Shown here: positions 39,679 to 48,689 of the stretch, in pieces
How positions within the stretch are numbered: position 1 is the stretch's first letter
Layout of the letters: the number at the start of each line of letters is the position of its first letter
Assembly (NCBI GenBank): GCA_003671185.1
Contig: QWPN01000106.1
Location: forward strand, 1-62,415
DNA from: Planctomycetota bacterium
GTDB lineage: Bacteria > Planctomycetota > Planctomycetia > Pirellulales > UBA1268
Length of the DNA stretch: 62,415 nt
Reading direction: 5' to 3'
Made by a program: the position numbers and the translations under genes
The notes under the pieces: model-generated
Database searches by the model: none
Told to the model about the DNA's origin: nothing
Seen by the model: only the letters and a program-made list of their open reading frames with translations

Positions 39679-41070
39679 GTGCTCCAGCCCCGCATCCTGA
39701 TCGTCGATTCCCACGGCGCCAACGCCCTGCCGTATGCGCGGCTCAGCGCGCGGCTGCAGCCCATGGAAGTCCGCGTGGAAACGTCGCTCGAGCGGGCGCT
39801 GGCGACGCTGTCGCGGGACTCCTGGGATCTGGGCGTCGTCACCGCCCGCTCCGGCCCCACGGCCGACGTGCTCTATTCGGCGCTGCGCAAAGCCGATCCG
39901 CAACTGCCGATGGTGGTCATCGACCCGCGGCCCGGCGTCGACACGGCCCGGTCCTGCCTGCAGGCAGGGGCCGGCGACTACCTCGACATCGCCCGCGTGG
40001 AGACCGACCTCGAGGATGCCCTGGTGCGGCTGCTCACGGTGTCGCGGCACAAGGCGGCCGAGGAGGTGCTGCGGCGGGCCGTGGAGCGGCCCTACACCTA
40101 TGCGGAGTTCCTCGGCGAGAGCCCCGCCATGCGGCAGGTCTACTCGGTCATCGACCGGGTGGCCGCCAGTTCCGTCGACGTGCTCGTGACGGGAGAGACG
40201 GGCACGGGTAAGGAACTCGTGGCCCGGGCGATCCACGCCCGCAGCCGACGCAACACCGGCCCCTTCGTGCCGGTGGACTGCGGTGCCATTCCCGACGCGC
40301 TTATGGAGAGCGAACTCTTTGGCCATGAGCGTGGTGCCTTCACCGGCGCCGACGCCAGGCGCATGGGGCTCGTGGAGTTCGCGGACGGCGGCACCCTGTT
40401 TCTCGACGAGGTGGGCGAACTGCCCCTCCCGCTGCAGGCCAAGCTGCTGCGGGTGCTGCAGGAGCGCCGCGTGCGCCGCGTGGGGGCCCGGCAGGAGAAT
40501 GCCGTCGACGTACGCGTGGTGGCGGCCACGTCGCGAAACCTCGACCAGATGGTGGAACGGGGTGAATTCCGCCGCGACCTCTTCTACCGCATCAACGTGG
40601 TGCGCATCGAACTGCCGCCGCTCCGCACCAGGGGAGACGACATCGGCCTGCTGGCTGAGTTCTTCGCCAACAAAGCCGCCCAGGAGATGGGCCGACCGGT
40701 GGGCGGCCTGTCCACCGACGTCTACCAGGTGTTGCGGAGTTATCACTGGCCGGGCAACGTGCGCGAGTTGCAGAATGCCGTGCGTCGGGCGATCACCATG
40801 ACGCGGGAGCCCACGGCCGGAGTGGACGACCTGCCCGACGAGGTGGTGGCGGCCGCCGGCCGCGCCTCCGGGCCCGAAGCGGGTGCGGCGGGTTTCTTCG
40901 CGCAGCGCACCGAGCACGTGTCCCGGTTCGAAAAGCAATACCTGACCGACCTGCTGGCCCGGCACCTGGGCGACGTGTCGGCCGCCGCCCGCGAGGCCCG
41001 CCTGCCGCGTGGCACGCTGTACCGCCTCATGAAGGGGCACGGCCTGGACGGGGCCTCGTTTCGCAAGTAG
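39679..41070 (+). CDS. sigma-54-dependent transcriptional activator (NtrC family) with degenerate receiver domain
   Basis: Has AAA+ Walker A GETGTGKE, the sigma-54 contact loop GAFTGA, Walker B LFLDEVGEL and a C-terminal Fis-type HTH (LPRGTLYRLMKGHGL). The start is uncertain: GTG at 39679 gives VLQPRILIVD; the TTG at 39559 and the ATG at 39763 are alternatives. Confidence 0.85.
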   Translation: MLQPRILIVDSHGANALPYARLSARLQPMEVRVETSLERALATLSRDSWDLGVVTARSGPTADVLYSALRKADPQLPMVVIDPRPGVDTARSCLQAGAGDYLDIARVETDLEDALVRLLTVSRHKAAEEVLRRAVERPYTYAEFLGESPAMRQVYSVIDRVAASSVDVLVTGETGTGKELVARAIHARSRRNTGPFVPVDCGAIPDALMESELFGHERGAFTGADARRMGLVEFADGGTLFLDEVGELPLPLQAKLLRVLQERRVRRVGARQENAVDVRVVAATSRNLDQMVERGEFRRDLFYRINVVRIELPPLRTRGDDIGLLAEFFANKAAQEMGRPVGGLSTDVYQVLRSYHWPGNVRELQNAVRRAITMTREPTAGVDDLPDEVVAAAGRASGPEAGAAGFFAQRTEHVSRFEKQYLTDLLARHLGDVSAAAREARLPRGTLYRLMKGHGLDGASFRK

Positions 41071-41103
41071 CGCGAAGGGATCTCGTTCCCGGCACGAGGC
41101 CCG

Positions 41104-42519
41104 CTACTTCGCCTTCTTCCGTTCCCAGGTCTTGCCGACCTTGTAGCGGTTGGCCCGGTCGATGACTTCCTCGTTCTTCGTCGTCGTCAGCACCTTGTCG
41201 AGGGCCTTCATGAACTCGTCCTTGTTCCCGTCGCGGAGCTTCTGGTGGTGCGCGAGTTCCACCACGCTCAGGCAGGCCGATTCGGCGAGTGACGGCTGGT
41301 CGACGTAGGGCAGTACGTACCGCAAGGCGTCCACGGTGCGGATGGCACTGGCCCGCTCCAGCAGCCGGCCGCGCTCCTCGTCGCGGGTGCAGAGCTTCAT
41401 GGTCTGCTCGACGAGGGCCAGCTTCTGGGCGGGGTCAAGCGTGTTGTCGGGCAGGGGGGCGATGCGGATCAGGCCCCCGAGAAGCAGCCTGCGCTCCTCC
41501 TCGTCGGTGGCCTTGCCAATCAGATCCAGGAGTTGATCCTTGACCGTGGCGTCAGGCCAGCGGGAGAGCGCCGTGAGCCCTAGTTTTCGCTGGGCGAGGT
41601 CCGGACTGGCGATCAGGCCGTTCACGATCTTCATCACTGCCGGCCCGCCGACGCGGGCCAGCGTGGGCAGAAGGGACTCCTGGGCACTGGGATCAGCCGC
41701 CTGGAATCGGGTCAGGAACGCGGCCGCCGCCTCCTCTTTGTCACGGTTCTGCGTGCACACGAGGACCAGGGCCCGTTCGGCGTCGTTGCGCTCGGCGCCA
41801 GCCTGGGCGGCCAGCAATCCGGCCACCATGCCGGGCACCTCGGCGGGGCCGCCCAGCGTGCCCAGGGCCTTCATGGCCGCCGCGCGGATGGTTGCGTCGG
41901 GGTCGATGGCTGCGGCCACGAGCGCCGGCAGCGTTGCCGACTCGCGCCGCTCGGCGAGGATGCCCACCAGGGCCACCCGCTCCGGCGCCGGCCTGTCCTT
42001 GTCGGCGAGGGCCGTCACCAGCCGCGGCGACACATCGGTGCCGCGGATCGCCACCAGTGCTCCACGGGCGGCTTCGCCGCTGGCGTTGTCGCCGGACAGG
42101 AGGGACATCAGCAAGGGCACGTCATCGGCTCCGCCCAGCGCCGCCACGCCGCGAATGGCTGCGGTGCGGACGGAGGCGTCCGCCTGCCCCTTGGCGAGGG
42201 CCATGATCCCCGGCAGCGCCGCCCTGTCGGCGCGGTCGGCCAGGGCGGCGAGCAGTGCCGTCTGATCCTCGGGCTTCTTCAGTCCCGGCAGCACCTTCTC
42301 GGCGAGTTCCCGCGTGAACTCCTCCCCCTTCAGCCCCTTGCGAACCTTCTCCATGGCCACCGGCCGCATGTCGGCGTCGCCGGAGCGGATCAAGTCCACG
42401 ACGGTGTCGAAAACCTCGCGGGACGCCGTGGGTGCCGGGTCCGCGGCCAGCGGGCGAGGCGCCGTCAGTCCGGACAGGATCCCGAGGCAGACCACGGCGA
42501 GGGCACGGCGCAGGGACAT
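41104..42519 (-). CDS. secreted HEAT-repeat protein (471 aa)
   Basis: A signal peptide is followed by repeated ...ALP.L..L..D.D..VR.AA..ALG..G... units. Confidence 0.7.
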   Translation of the reverse strand: MSLRRALAVVCLGILSGLTAPRPLAADPAPTASREVFDTVVDLIRSGDADMRPVAMEKVRKGLKGEEFTRELAEKVLPGLKKPEDQTALLAALADRADRAALPGIMALAKGQADASVRTAAIRGVAALGGADDVPLLMSLLSGDNASGEAARGALVAIRGTDVSPRLVTALADKDRPAPERVALVGILAERRESATLPALVAAAIDPDATIRAAAMKALGTLGGPAEVPGMVAGLLAAQAGAERNDAERALVLVCTQNRDKEEAAAAFLTRFQAADPSAQESLLPTLARVGGPAVMKIVNGLIASPDLAQRKLGLTALSRWPDATVKDQLLDLIGKATDEEERRLLLGGLIRIAPLPDNTLDPAQKLALVEQTMKLCTRDEERGRLLERASAIRTVDALRYVLPYVDQPSLAESACLSVVELAHHQKLRDGNKDEFMKALDKVLTTTKNEEVIDRANRYKVGKTWERKKAK

Positions 42520-42569
42520 GGGGTTCTCCCGGAGGGAAGCGCTGCCGGCACGGTGGACGACCGGGGCCG

Positions 42570-43298
42570 CTATTCCGCCGTGGCCAGCAGTCCGCGCTTG
42601 GCCGCGACGCGCACGGCACGCTCGCGGTGCGTTTTCGGCTCGGCGCCGACGGCCGCGTTGATCGACTCGTAGATCGCCTTCGCCGCTGCGCGGTCGCCCT
42701 TGGCGAGGAAACTCTCGGCACAGGCCAGACGGGCATCGGTGATCGCGGCGGCCACGTCGCCATCAGCCTTGGCACCGGCCAACGCGGCCGCCGCCTCCGG
42801 CGTGCGCAGCGTGCCCAGCGCCTCGGCTGCGGCAGCGGCGATCTTCGCGTCGCCGCCGAGCATTCCGCCGATCGCCGGCACGCTGGCCTTGTCGCCGCGG
42901 GCCGCCAACGACGAGATCATGCCGATCTTGAGGGTGCCCTCCACCTTGCCCAGCGCCGTGCGCAGGGCCTCGGCCGCCTCCGGGGCGCCGATCCGTTCCA
43001 GGGCGAAGCGGGACATGTGCGAGTGGTCCTCGCTGGGAAGAAGCGTTGCCAGCGCCGACACCGAGGCCGACGTGCCGATCATCGCCAGCTTGCGGCACAC
43101 ATATTCCTTGGTGGCGCGGCTGGAGTCGTCGGCAAGCAACTGCCCGAACCGCTTCTCCAGTTCGGCCCGCAGGGCGGCGTCACCGTGGGCTGCCACGACG
43201 GCGGCGTCGATCGGCTTGAAGGCGTTGGCGTCGGAACCCCAGTTGAAGGCCTTGAGGGCCGTGAACGGGGCGTCGAGAGTCGCGAGGTCGAAGGCCAT
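42570..43298 (-). CDS. HEAT-repeat protein (242 aa)
   Basis: The start is Met48 of the listed ORF (MAFDLATLDAPF...). Repeated SVSALATLL / EAAEALRTALG / AAAAEALGTL units are present. Confidence 0.65.
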   Translation of the reverse strand: MAFDLATLDAPFTALKAFNWGSDANAFKPIDAAVVAAHGDAALRAELEKRFGQLLADDSSRATKEYVCRKLAMIGTSASVSALATLLPSEDHSHMSRFALERIGAPEAAEALRTALGKVEGTLKIGMISSLAARGDKASVPAIGGMLGGDAKIAAAAAEALGTLRTPEAAAALAGAKADGDVAAAITDARLACAESFLAKGDRAAAKAIYESINAAVGAEPKTHRERAVRVAAKRGLLATAE

Positions 43299-43362
43299 GG
43301 GTTGCACTCGGTGGTGAGGGGAAGGTGGGGAGACGGGTGGTAAACGGATTCCGCCGCCCGGA

Positions 43363-44628
43363 TCAGAGGATCCAGGGTTCGCGGCGGGCCCGGTCGACGA
43401 GGCGATTGGCCTCCTCGTCGCCCGTGAACTGCTGGGCATCGCGGTCCCACTTCAGCGACCGCTCCAGACGGTAGGCGATGGCGATCATGTGCGGGCCGGT
43501 CATGGTGTTGACGGCCAGTTCGATGTCGCGGAACGGCTTCTCGCGGGTCTTTACGCAGTCGATGAAGTCGCCGTAGATGCCCCCCTGCCCCTTGTAAGAG
43601 GGCACCGGCTTGCCCTCCTTCGCCTGTCCATCGGCGAGGATTTGGATGGCACCCTGGTGGGCGACCGAGTGCTTCTCGGGCCGCAGGGGCTGCGGCCGGT
43701 TGTGGTGCACCTCCACACCGTTGGGATAGGTGAGCGAGACGTACGCCCCACCCTTGTCGCTGGCGGAATTGAAAGTGACCGCGTTGGGTTGCAACTCGCG
43801 CAGGTCGGCGGCGAAGATCGCGCCGCCGAAGTGATGGGCACCCCAGTCGGTGAGGCTGCCGCCAGAGTAGTCGATGTACGACCGCCAACTGCCGCCACCC
43901 GTGCCGAAGTTGCCGTCACAGCGGCCGGAGTTGTAGGGCTCCCAGGGCGCCGGCCCCAGCCACAGCTCCCAGTCGATGTCGGGGGGCGTGGGCTGTGCGG
44001 GAAGGTAGCAGGGCATCGACGGCCCGCCCACGGAGATGTCGAGCGACTTGATCGTGCCGATCTGGCCCGACCAGCAGGGGTTGACGATGCCACGATAATC
44101 CTCGAGCACCCGCTGGCTGCCGCCCGACACGACGCGGCCATAGCGACGTGCGGCCGCGATCATCAGCGGACCCTCGCGGAGCGTGAGCGTCTCGGGCTTT
44201 TGCAGGTAGACGTCCTTGCCCGAGCGGCAGGCGGCGATCGTCATGATCGCGTGCCAGTGGTCGGGGGTGGCGATGTGCACCGCGTCGATGTCGTCCCGGG
44301 CGAGCAGCTCGCGGAAGTCGACGTAGGCCGCACAGTCCTTGTTGCCGTACTTGCCGTCGACCTTGTTCTTGCCCCCGTCGCGCCACTTCGTGCGCACGTC
44401 ACAGACCGCCACGTACTGCACGTCGTTGCGGTTGAGGAAGTTGTTCTGGTCGCCCGAGCCCATGTTGCCGATGCCGATGCCGCCCATCACGATGCGGTCG
44501 CTGGCGGGCGGGGTGGTGGCGTCGCCGAGGGCCTTGGAGGTGATCACGTAGGGGGCGGCCACGGCGGCCCCGGCGGTCGTGCCAGCGGTCTTGAGAAACC
44601 CGCGCCGGGTGGTGGGGCGTCGCGACAT
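43363..44628 (-). CDS. Tat-exported Gfo/Idh/MocA family oxidoreductase
   Basis: The start is the ATG at 44628. A twin-arginine signal is present (MSRRPTTRRGFLKTAGTTAGAAVAAP). The Rossmann region reads MGGIGIGNMG...AVCDV...DAVHIATPDHWH, followed by a GFO C-terminal domain. Confidence 0.85.
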   Translation of the reverse strand: MSRRPTTRRGFLKTAGTTAGAAVAAPYVITSKALGDATTPPASDRIVMGGIGIGNMGSGDQNNFLNRNDVQYVAVCDVRTKWRDGGKNKVDGKYGNKDCAAYVDFRELLARDDIDAVHIATPDHWHAIMTIAACRSGKDVYLQKPETLTLREGPLMIAAARRYGRVVSGGSQRVLEDYRGIVNPCWSGQIGTIKSLDISVGGPSMPCYLPAQPTPPDIDWELWLGPAPWEPYNSGRCDGNFGTGGGSWRSYIDYSGGSLTDWGAHHFGGAIFAADLRELQPNAVTFNSASDKGGAYVSLTYPNGVEVHHNRPQPLRPEKHSVAHQGAIQILADGQAKEGKPVPSYKGQGGIYGDFIDCVKTREKPFRDIELAVNTMTGPHMIAIAYRLERSLKWDRDAQQFTGDEEANRLVDRARREPWIL

Positions 44629-44850
44629 GAAATCCCTCGACAAGTGTGGGTGAAATGAAAGTCCCGCGAAGGGCGAATGTACTGGCCCGTGTGCCAAAAA
44701 ACAAATTGCGGTCGGCGGCAGTTTTTGGCTCCTTCCGACAGCCTCCCCGCCCGGTGGCCCGGGCTGCAACTCCGGTCGGCGCCGGCCGTTCAAACCAATG
44801 CCCCTCCCGCCAACCCACCAGCCGGAGACCGTCCGATGGCCCCGCCCGGC

Positions 44851-45090
44851 ATGAGTCCGTTTCCCAGACGTGCCGCTCCCCGGGATGGTCGAGCGCTGCG
44901 AGACTGGCTGCTCGGGGCGGGGATCGCCCTGGGCACGCTTGCCATCGGCGCGGCGCAGTCGCCCGCCCTCGTGCGGAGGCCTGCCCAGGACGACAGCATT
45001 CCCGTCGTCCGCTGCGTGGATGGTTCCGTGACGCGGGTGACGAATTTCATGCTCATATTCAACGACGGCACGCGCAGGAGCCGGCTCTGA
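44851..45090 (+). CDS. possible small membrane-anchored protein (about 79 aa)
   Basis: This is the tail of the listed 44677 ORF. It has GC-rich third positions and one hydrophobic helix (WLLGAGIALGTLAIGAA). Its stop lies 1 nt before the ATG of the next gene. There is no homology evidence. Confidence 0.3.
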   Translation: MSPFPRRAAPRDGRALRDWLLGAGIALGTLAIGAAQSPALVRRPAQDDSIPVVRCVDGSVTRVTNFMLIFNDGTRRSRL

Positions 45091-45091
45091 C

Positions 45092-46690
45092 ATGGCGCTC
45101 TCGTCAGGTCGCCGGTGTGGCGCCGCCTCGTTCGTGCTGGTGGTTATGGCCCAGTCAATCGGTTGGGCACATCCCTGGCATCGGCACCACGTCGAGACCC
45201 CGAGCACTGAGCAGCGTGCCGCGGATCACGGTGACGACCTGCGGCAGCCCGAGGTTGGTGATCCGCGGTTCGTGCTCGTGGCGGCGGCCAAGCCTGTCCG
45301 GGCGCAGCCTCCCGACATCGCCGCGGCCTTCCGGCCCTTCGAAGAACTCAAAGCGATCGCCTGCCGGAGCGACGGCCGGTATTTCTATGTTGAATCGAAC
45401 GGCATTCCGGATCATCCGTTGATGGTGGGCATCCGCTCCTGGCAACAGCAGGTGCCGCTGCCGCAGCAGTACGTGGGCGGCAACGCCTGGCAGATCCCGC
45501 TGGTCCCTGTGCCCGCGGCCGACCCGGCCACGACGAGGAACCGCTTTCTGCGCGGCGCCATCGCGCTGGCCGTCAACGGCATCCCGATCTTCAATCCGCT
45601 CAACAATCGCGGCGACGACGCCTTCCTGGCCGGTGAACTGGACGACTACGGCGGCCACTGCGGCCGCGCCGATGACTACCACTACCACCTTCCCCCGGTG
45701 CACTTGGAGAAGCAGGTGGGCAAGGGCAGACCCATCGCCTACGCCCTCGACGGCTATCCCATCTACGGTTACGAGGAGCCCGACGGGTCACGGGTGAAAA
45801 ACCTCGACCGACTGGGAGGCCACGAGGATGCGGCGGGCAACTACCACTATCACGCCACGAAGGCGTATCCGTACCTCAATGGCGGGTTCCACGGCGAGGT
45901 CGTGGAACGCGACGGCCAGGTCGACCCACAACCCCGGGCCGAGCCCCTTCGGCCGGCGTTGCCGCCGCTGCAGGGGGCCACGATCGTCGAGTTCGCCTCC
46001 CCGGCAGCGAACACCCGCCGGCTGACTTTCAACCTGGGCGGACGCAAGGGTTCCGTGTCCTACACCGTCGGCGCCGATGGGAAGGTGACGTTCGAATTCC
46101 GAGATCCTACAGGCCGCACGAGCACGGAGACCTATGCGCCGCGCGGACGCGGTGAGATCGGCGGCCGACCGCCGCGCCGCGAACCGCCGCCGGGCAGCCA
46201 GTCCGGCTCAGCACGGCAGCCCGTCCCGGCAGGCGCGGCGAATCTCGCGGTCACGAGTCCGGCGTTCAAGGCGGCCGGACCGTTGCCGGTAGAGTTCACC
46301 TGCGACGGCGCCGGCCTGTCGCCGCCGTTGCAGTGGGCCGCCGGGCCGCCGGGGACGAAGTCGTATGCCGTGACGCTCTGGCACGAGGCGCCCGACCAGG
46401 TGAAGTCCTACTGGGTGGTATATGGCATCCCGCCGACCGTTCGCAGCCTGCCCAAGGGATCGCGGTCGATCGGCACGACCGGCCTCAACGACAAGCGCCG
46501 GGCCGAGTACGACCCGATGTGCTCGAAGGGGCCGGGCGTGAAGACGTATCAGATCACGGTCTACGCCCTGTCGGCGGCGCCGAAGCTCGCCGCCGCGGAG
46601 GCCACGCGCGACGCGCTGCTCGACGCGATCGCCGGCAGCACGCTGGCCGCCGGAACCCTCACGTTCAGCTACGAACGCGGGGGCCGCTGA
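45092..46690 (+). CDS. YHYH-domain protein fused to a PEBP (YbhB/YbcL-like) domain
   Basis: Has a signal peptide and two GGH..(x)..YHYH motifs (GGHCGRADDYHYH, GGHEDAAGNYHYH). The C-terminal 160 aa resemble PEBP (SPAFKAAGPLPVEFTCDG...SPPLQW...YAVTLWHEAPD...YWVVYGIP...YQITVYAL). Confidence 0.7.
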   Translation: MALSSGRRCGAASFVLVVMAQSIGWAHPWHRHHVETPSTEQRAADHGDDLRQPEVGDPRFVLVAAAKPVRAQPPDIAAAFRPFEELKAIACRSDGRYFYVESNGIPDHPLMVGIRSWQQQVPLPQQYVGGNAWQIPLVPVPAADPATTRNRFLRGAIALAVNGIPIFNPLNNRGDDAFLAGELDDYGGHCGRADDYHYHLPPVHLEKQVGKGRPIAYALDGYPIYGYEEPDGSRVKNLDRLGGHEDAAGNYHYHATKAYPYLNGGFHGEVVERDGQVDPQPRAEPLRPALPPLQGATIVEFASPAANTRRLTFNLGGRKGSVSYTVGADGKVTFEFRDPTGRTSTETYAPRGRGEIGGRPPRREPPPGSQSGSARQPVPAGAANLAVTSPAFKAAGPLPVEFTCDGAGLSPPLQWAAGPPGTKSYAVTLWHEAPDQVKSYWVVYGIPPTVRSLPKGSRSIGTTGLNDKRRAEYDPMCSKGPGVKTYQITVYALSAAPKLAAAEATRDALLDAIAGSTLAAGTLTFSYERGGR

Positions 46691-46709
46691 CTCGGCCGTA
46701 GCCAACAGC

Positions 46710-47528
46710 TCAGGGCGTGTCGCGCGGCACGATCCAGATGTTGCGGAACCGGCAGGGGCTGCCATGGTCCTGCAGGAACAAGGGCCCCTCGCCCGTCTCG
46801 CGCAGCCGCTTCTCCACGCCACGGAGGTAGTCGGTGACTCCGTGCCGGTAAGGGATGTAGGGTGACCGCGGTTCGGTGAACGTGATGCCGTCCTGCACGA
46901 GCTTGCCGTTGAGCCAGGCCGTGATCGTCCCCGGCGTGGCCACCTTGCCGTTTGCGTCGCGGCGCGGCGCCGTGAAGCGGATGTCGTAGACCTGCCACTC
47001 ACCAGGCTTCCGCCCCGCAGCCGCCAGCGGCTTCCCAAAGCGGTACAGGCTGCCGGCATCCTGGTCGGTGGGTGGATCGACGCCGAAGGAGTTGAAGATC
47101 TGCATCTCGTAATGGCCGTGGATGTAGAGGCCGCTGTTCCCCTCGGCCCGAGGCGAGGTGGCGAACTCGGCGTGGATGTCGGCGTCGCGGAACGGGATCG
47201 CGGAAAGGATGTGGTTGGCGTGGCCGGGCGAGGCCCCCGCCACGAGCACGCCATCCTCGACCTTCCAGTCGATCGGCCCGCCCGACATGGAGACGAACTT
47301 CGGCGCTCCCTCGCCGCCATCGCCGAACAGGACGATCGCGCCCTCCGGCGGGGCGGTCGGCAGCGGTTCCTGGACCGGCCGAAAGTCGTTCGCCGCGCAG
47401 GTGGCGGCCAGCAGGGCGAGCCGCGCCGCGACGAAGATCCGCGCACCCTGCGACAGGACGAACATACGCGATCCCGTGGTCTGTGCCAGAAAGCGTCTCG
47501 TTGTAGCACCGCGAGTGGACCGCGTCAC
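46710..47528 (-). CDS. DUF1080 protein, paralogue 3 (possible Tat signal)
   Basis: Has WKVEDGVLV..., NSGLYIHGHYEMQI and PLFLQDHGSPCRFRNIWIVP. The GTG at 47528 gives TRRFLAQT (Tat-like); the ATG at 47465 is an alternative start. Confidence 0.75.
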   Translation of the reverse strand: MTRSTRGATTRRFLAQTTGSRMFVLSQGARIFVAARLALLAATCAANDFRPVQEPLPTAPPEGAIVLFGDGGEGAPKFVSMSGGPIDWKVEDGVLVAGASPGHANHILSAIPFRDADIHAEFATSPRAEGNSGLYIHGHYEMQIFNSFGVDPPTDQDAGSLYRFGKPLAAAGRKPGEWQVYDIRFTAPRRDANGKVATPGTITAWLNGKLVQDGITFTEPRSPYIPYRHGVTDYLRGVEKRLRETGEGPLFLQDHGSPCRFRNIWIVPRDTP

Positions 47529-47546
47529 GCCACCCCTGCCGGCAGG

Positions 47547-48680
47547 TCAGGAAGACTTCAGCGAAACCAGATAGGCGACCAGGTCGGCCAGGTCCTGCGC
47601 CGTCATCGTCTTCTCCAGGCCGGCCGGCATGAGCGAGACGGGCGACTGTCGCAGGTCCTCGACCTGGTCCATGGCCAACACGTGCACGACGCCGGTGGCA
47701 TCCTTGAGGACGACCTCACGGTCTGTGCGGCTCACGAGCAACCCGGTCAGCGCCCGGCCGTCCTCGGTCGTGGCCAGGAACGTCTCGTAGTTGTGGCTGA
47801 TGCCCGCGCTGGGCTCGAGGATCGCCACAAGCAGCGCCTCTGCAGAGAGCTTGGCGCCGATCTCGGAGAGGTTCGGCCCCACCTCCTTCCCCTCGCCGCG
47901 CACCACGTGACAGTTGCTGCAGGTGGCTCGGGCGGTGAACAGCCGCCGGCCCTGGGCCGCATCGCCCGGCATCCGCGCGAGTTCCCGGAGTGGCGGCAGC
48001 GGCGTGGCGTCGGCCGTGGTGGGCAGCGGCAGGACAGAGGCGGCTTCGGCGCGGATCGCGTCGGCGGGCGACGCGGCGAGTGCCGTGGCCACCGTGAATC
48101 GCACATCGATGGGCAGTGCGCCTTCCCGCGCTCGGGCCAGAAGGAACTCCCCGCCCTCCCGCGACCTCCCCAGTGCGGTGGCGGCGGCAACGCGCACACC
48201 CAGCGGCAGCCGTTCCTCGCCGAGGCAGCACGTGAGGCGAGCCAACGCTTCGCGGCCGCCCGCGCCACCCAGGGCCGTGACCAGTGCCGCCGCCCGCCCG
48301 GGGTCGGCGTCCGCGGCGGCGATCACGGCGTCGATGCGAGCGGAATCGATGTCGAGCAGGACACGGGCCGCCCGCACACCCGCCGTGTCGTCGGGCCGCG
48401 TCGTCGCCAGCGATACGAGCGCGTCGGCCGCCTCGCGGATCCGGAACCGCTCCACGACGTCGAAGAACCTGTCGCTGCCGGGGTTGGCCGCCAGCCAGCG
48501 CAGCACCGCTTCCTTGGTGCGCGGCTTGGCGTCGAGGTTGACGCTGTCGAGCCGCAAGATCGTCTCCACCACCAGCGCGTCGCGCTGCGGCGACGAGTCC
48601 TGGCCGAGGACCGGACAGGCGGCGAGGAGCAGGATCGCGGCCGCGACGCCGCGGCCGGGGCGGAGAACCCTGAGGAACAT
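47547..48680 (-). CDS. HEAT-repeat c-type cytochrome (PVC-type CxxCH heme-binding domain)
   Basis: Has its own signal peptide (AAAILLLAACPVLG). The heme motif is CSNCH, followed by GPNLSEIG...ILEPSAGISHNYE...VSLMPAGL...LADLVAYL. Confidence 0.75.
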   Translation of the reverse strand: MFLRVLRPGRGVAAAILLLAACPVLGQDSSPQRDALVVETILRLDSVNLDAKPRTKEAVLRWLAANPGSDRFFDVVERFRIREAADALVSLATTRPDDTAGVRAARVLLDIDSARIDAVIAAADADPGRAAALVTALGGAGGREALARLTCCLGEERLPLGVRVAAATALGRSREGGEFLLARAREGALPIDVRFTVATALAASPADAIRAEAASVLPLPTTADATPLPPLRELARMPGDAAQGRRLFTARATCSNCHVVRGEGKEVGPNLSEIGAKLSAEALLVAILEPSAGISHNYETFLATTEDGRALTGLLVSRTDREVVLKDATGVVHVLAMDQVEDLRQSPVSLMPAGLEKTMTAQDLADLVAYLVSLKSS

Positions 48681-48689
48681 GGGCGTCCT

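Noticed and set aside
38148-40211. 687-aa plus-strand ORF, and the similar 52764..54800 ORF
   Set aside because: Both span real genes on the other strand or in another frame (SEC-C protein and activator; fumC). Both show artefact composition.
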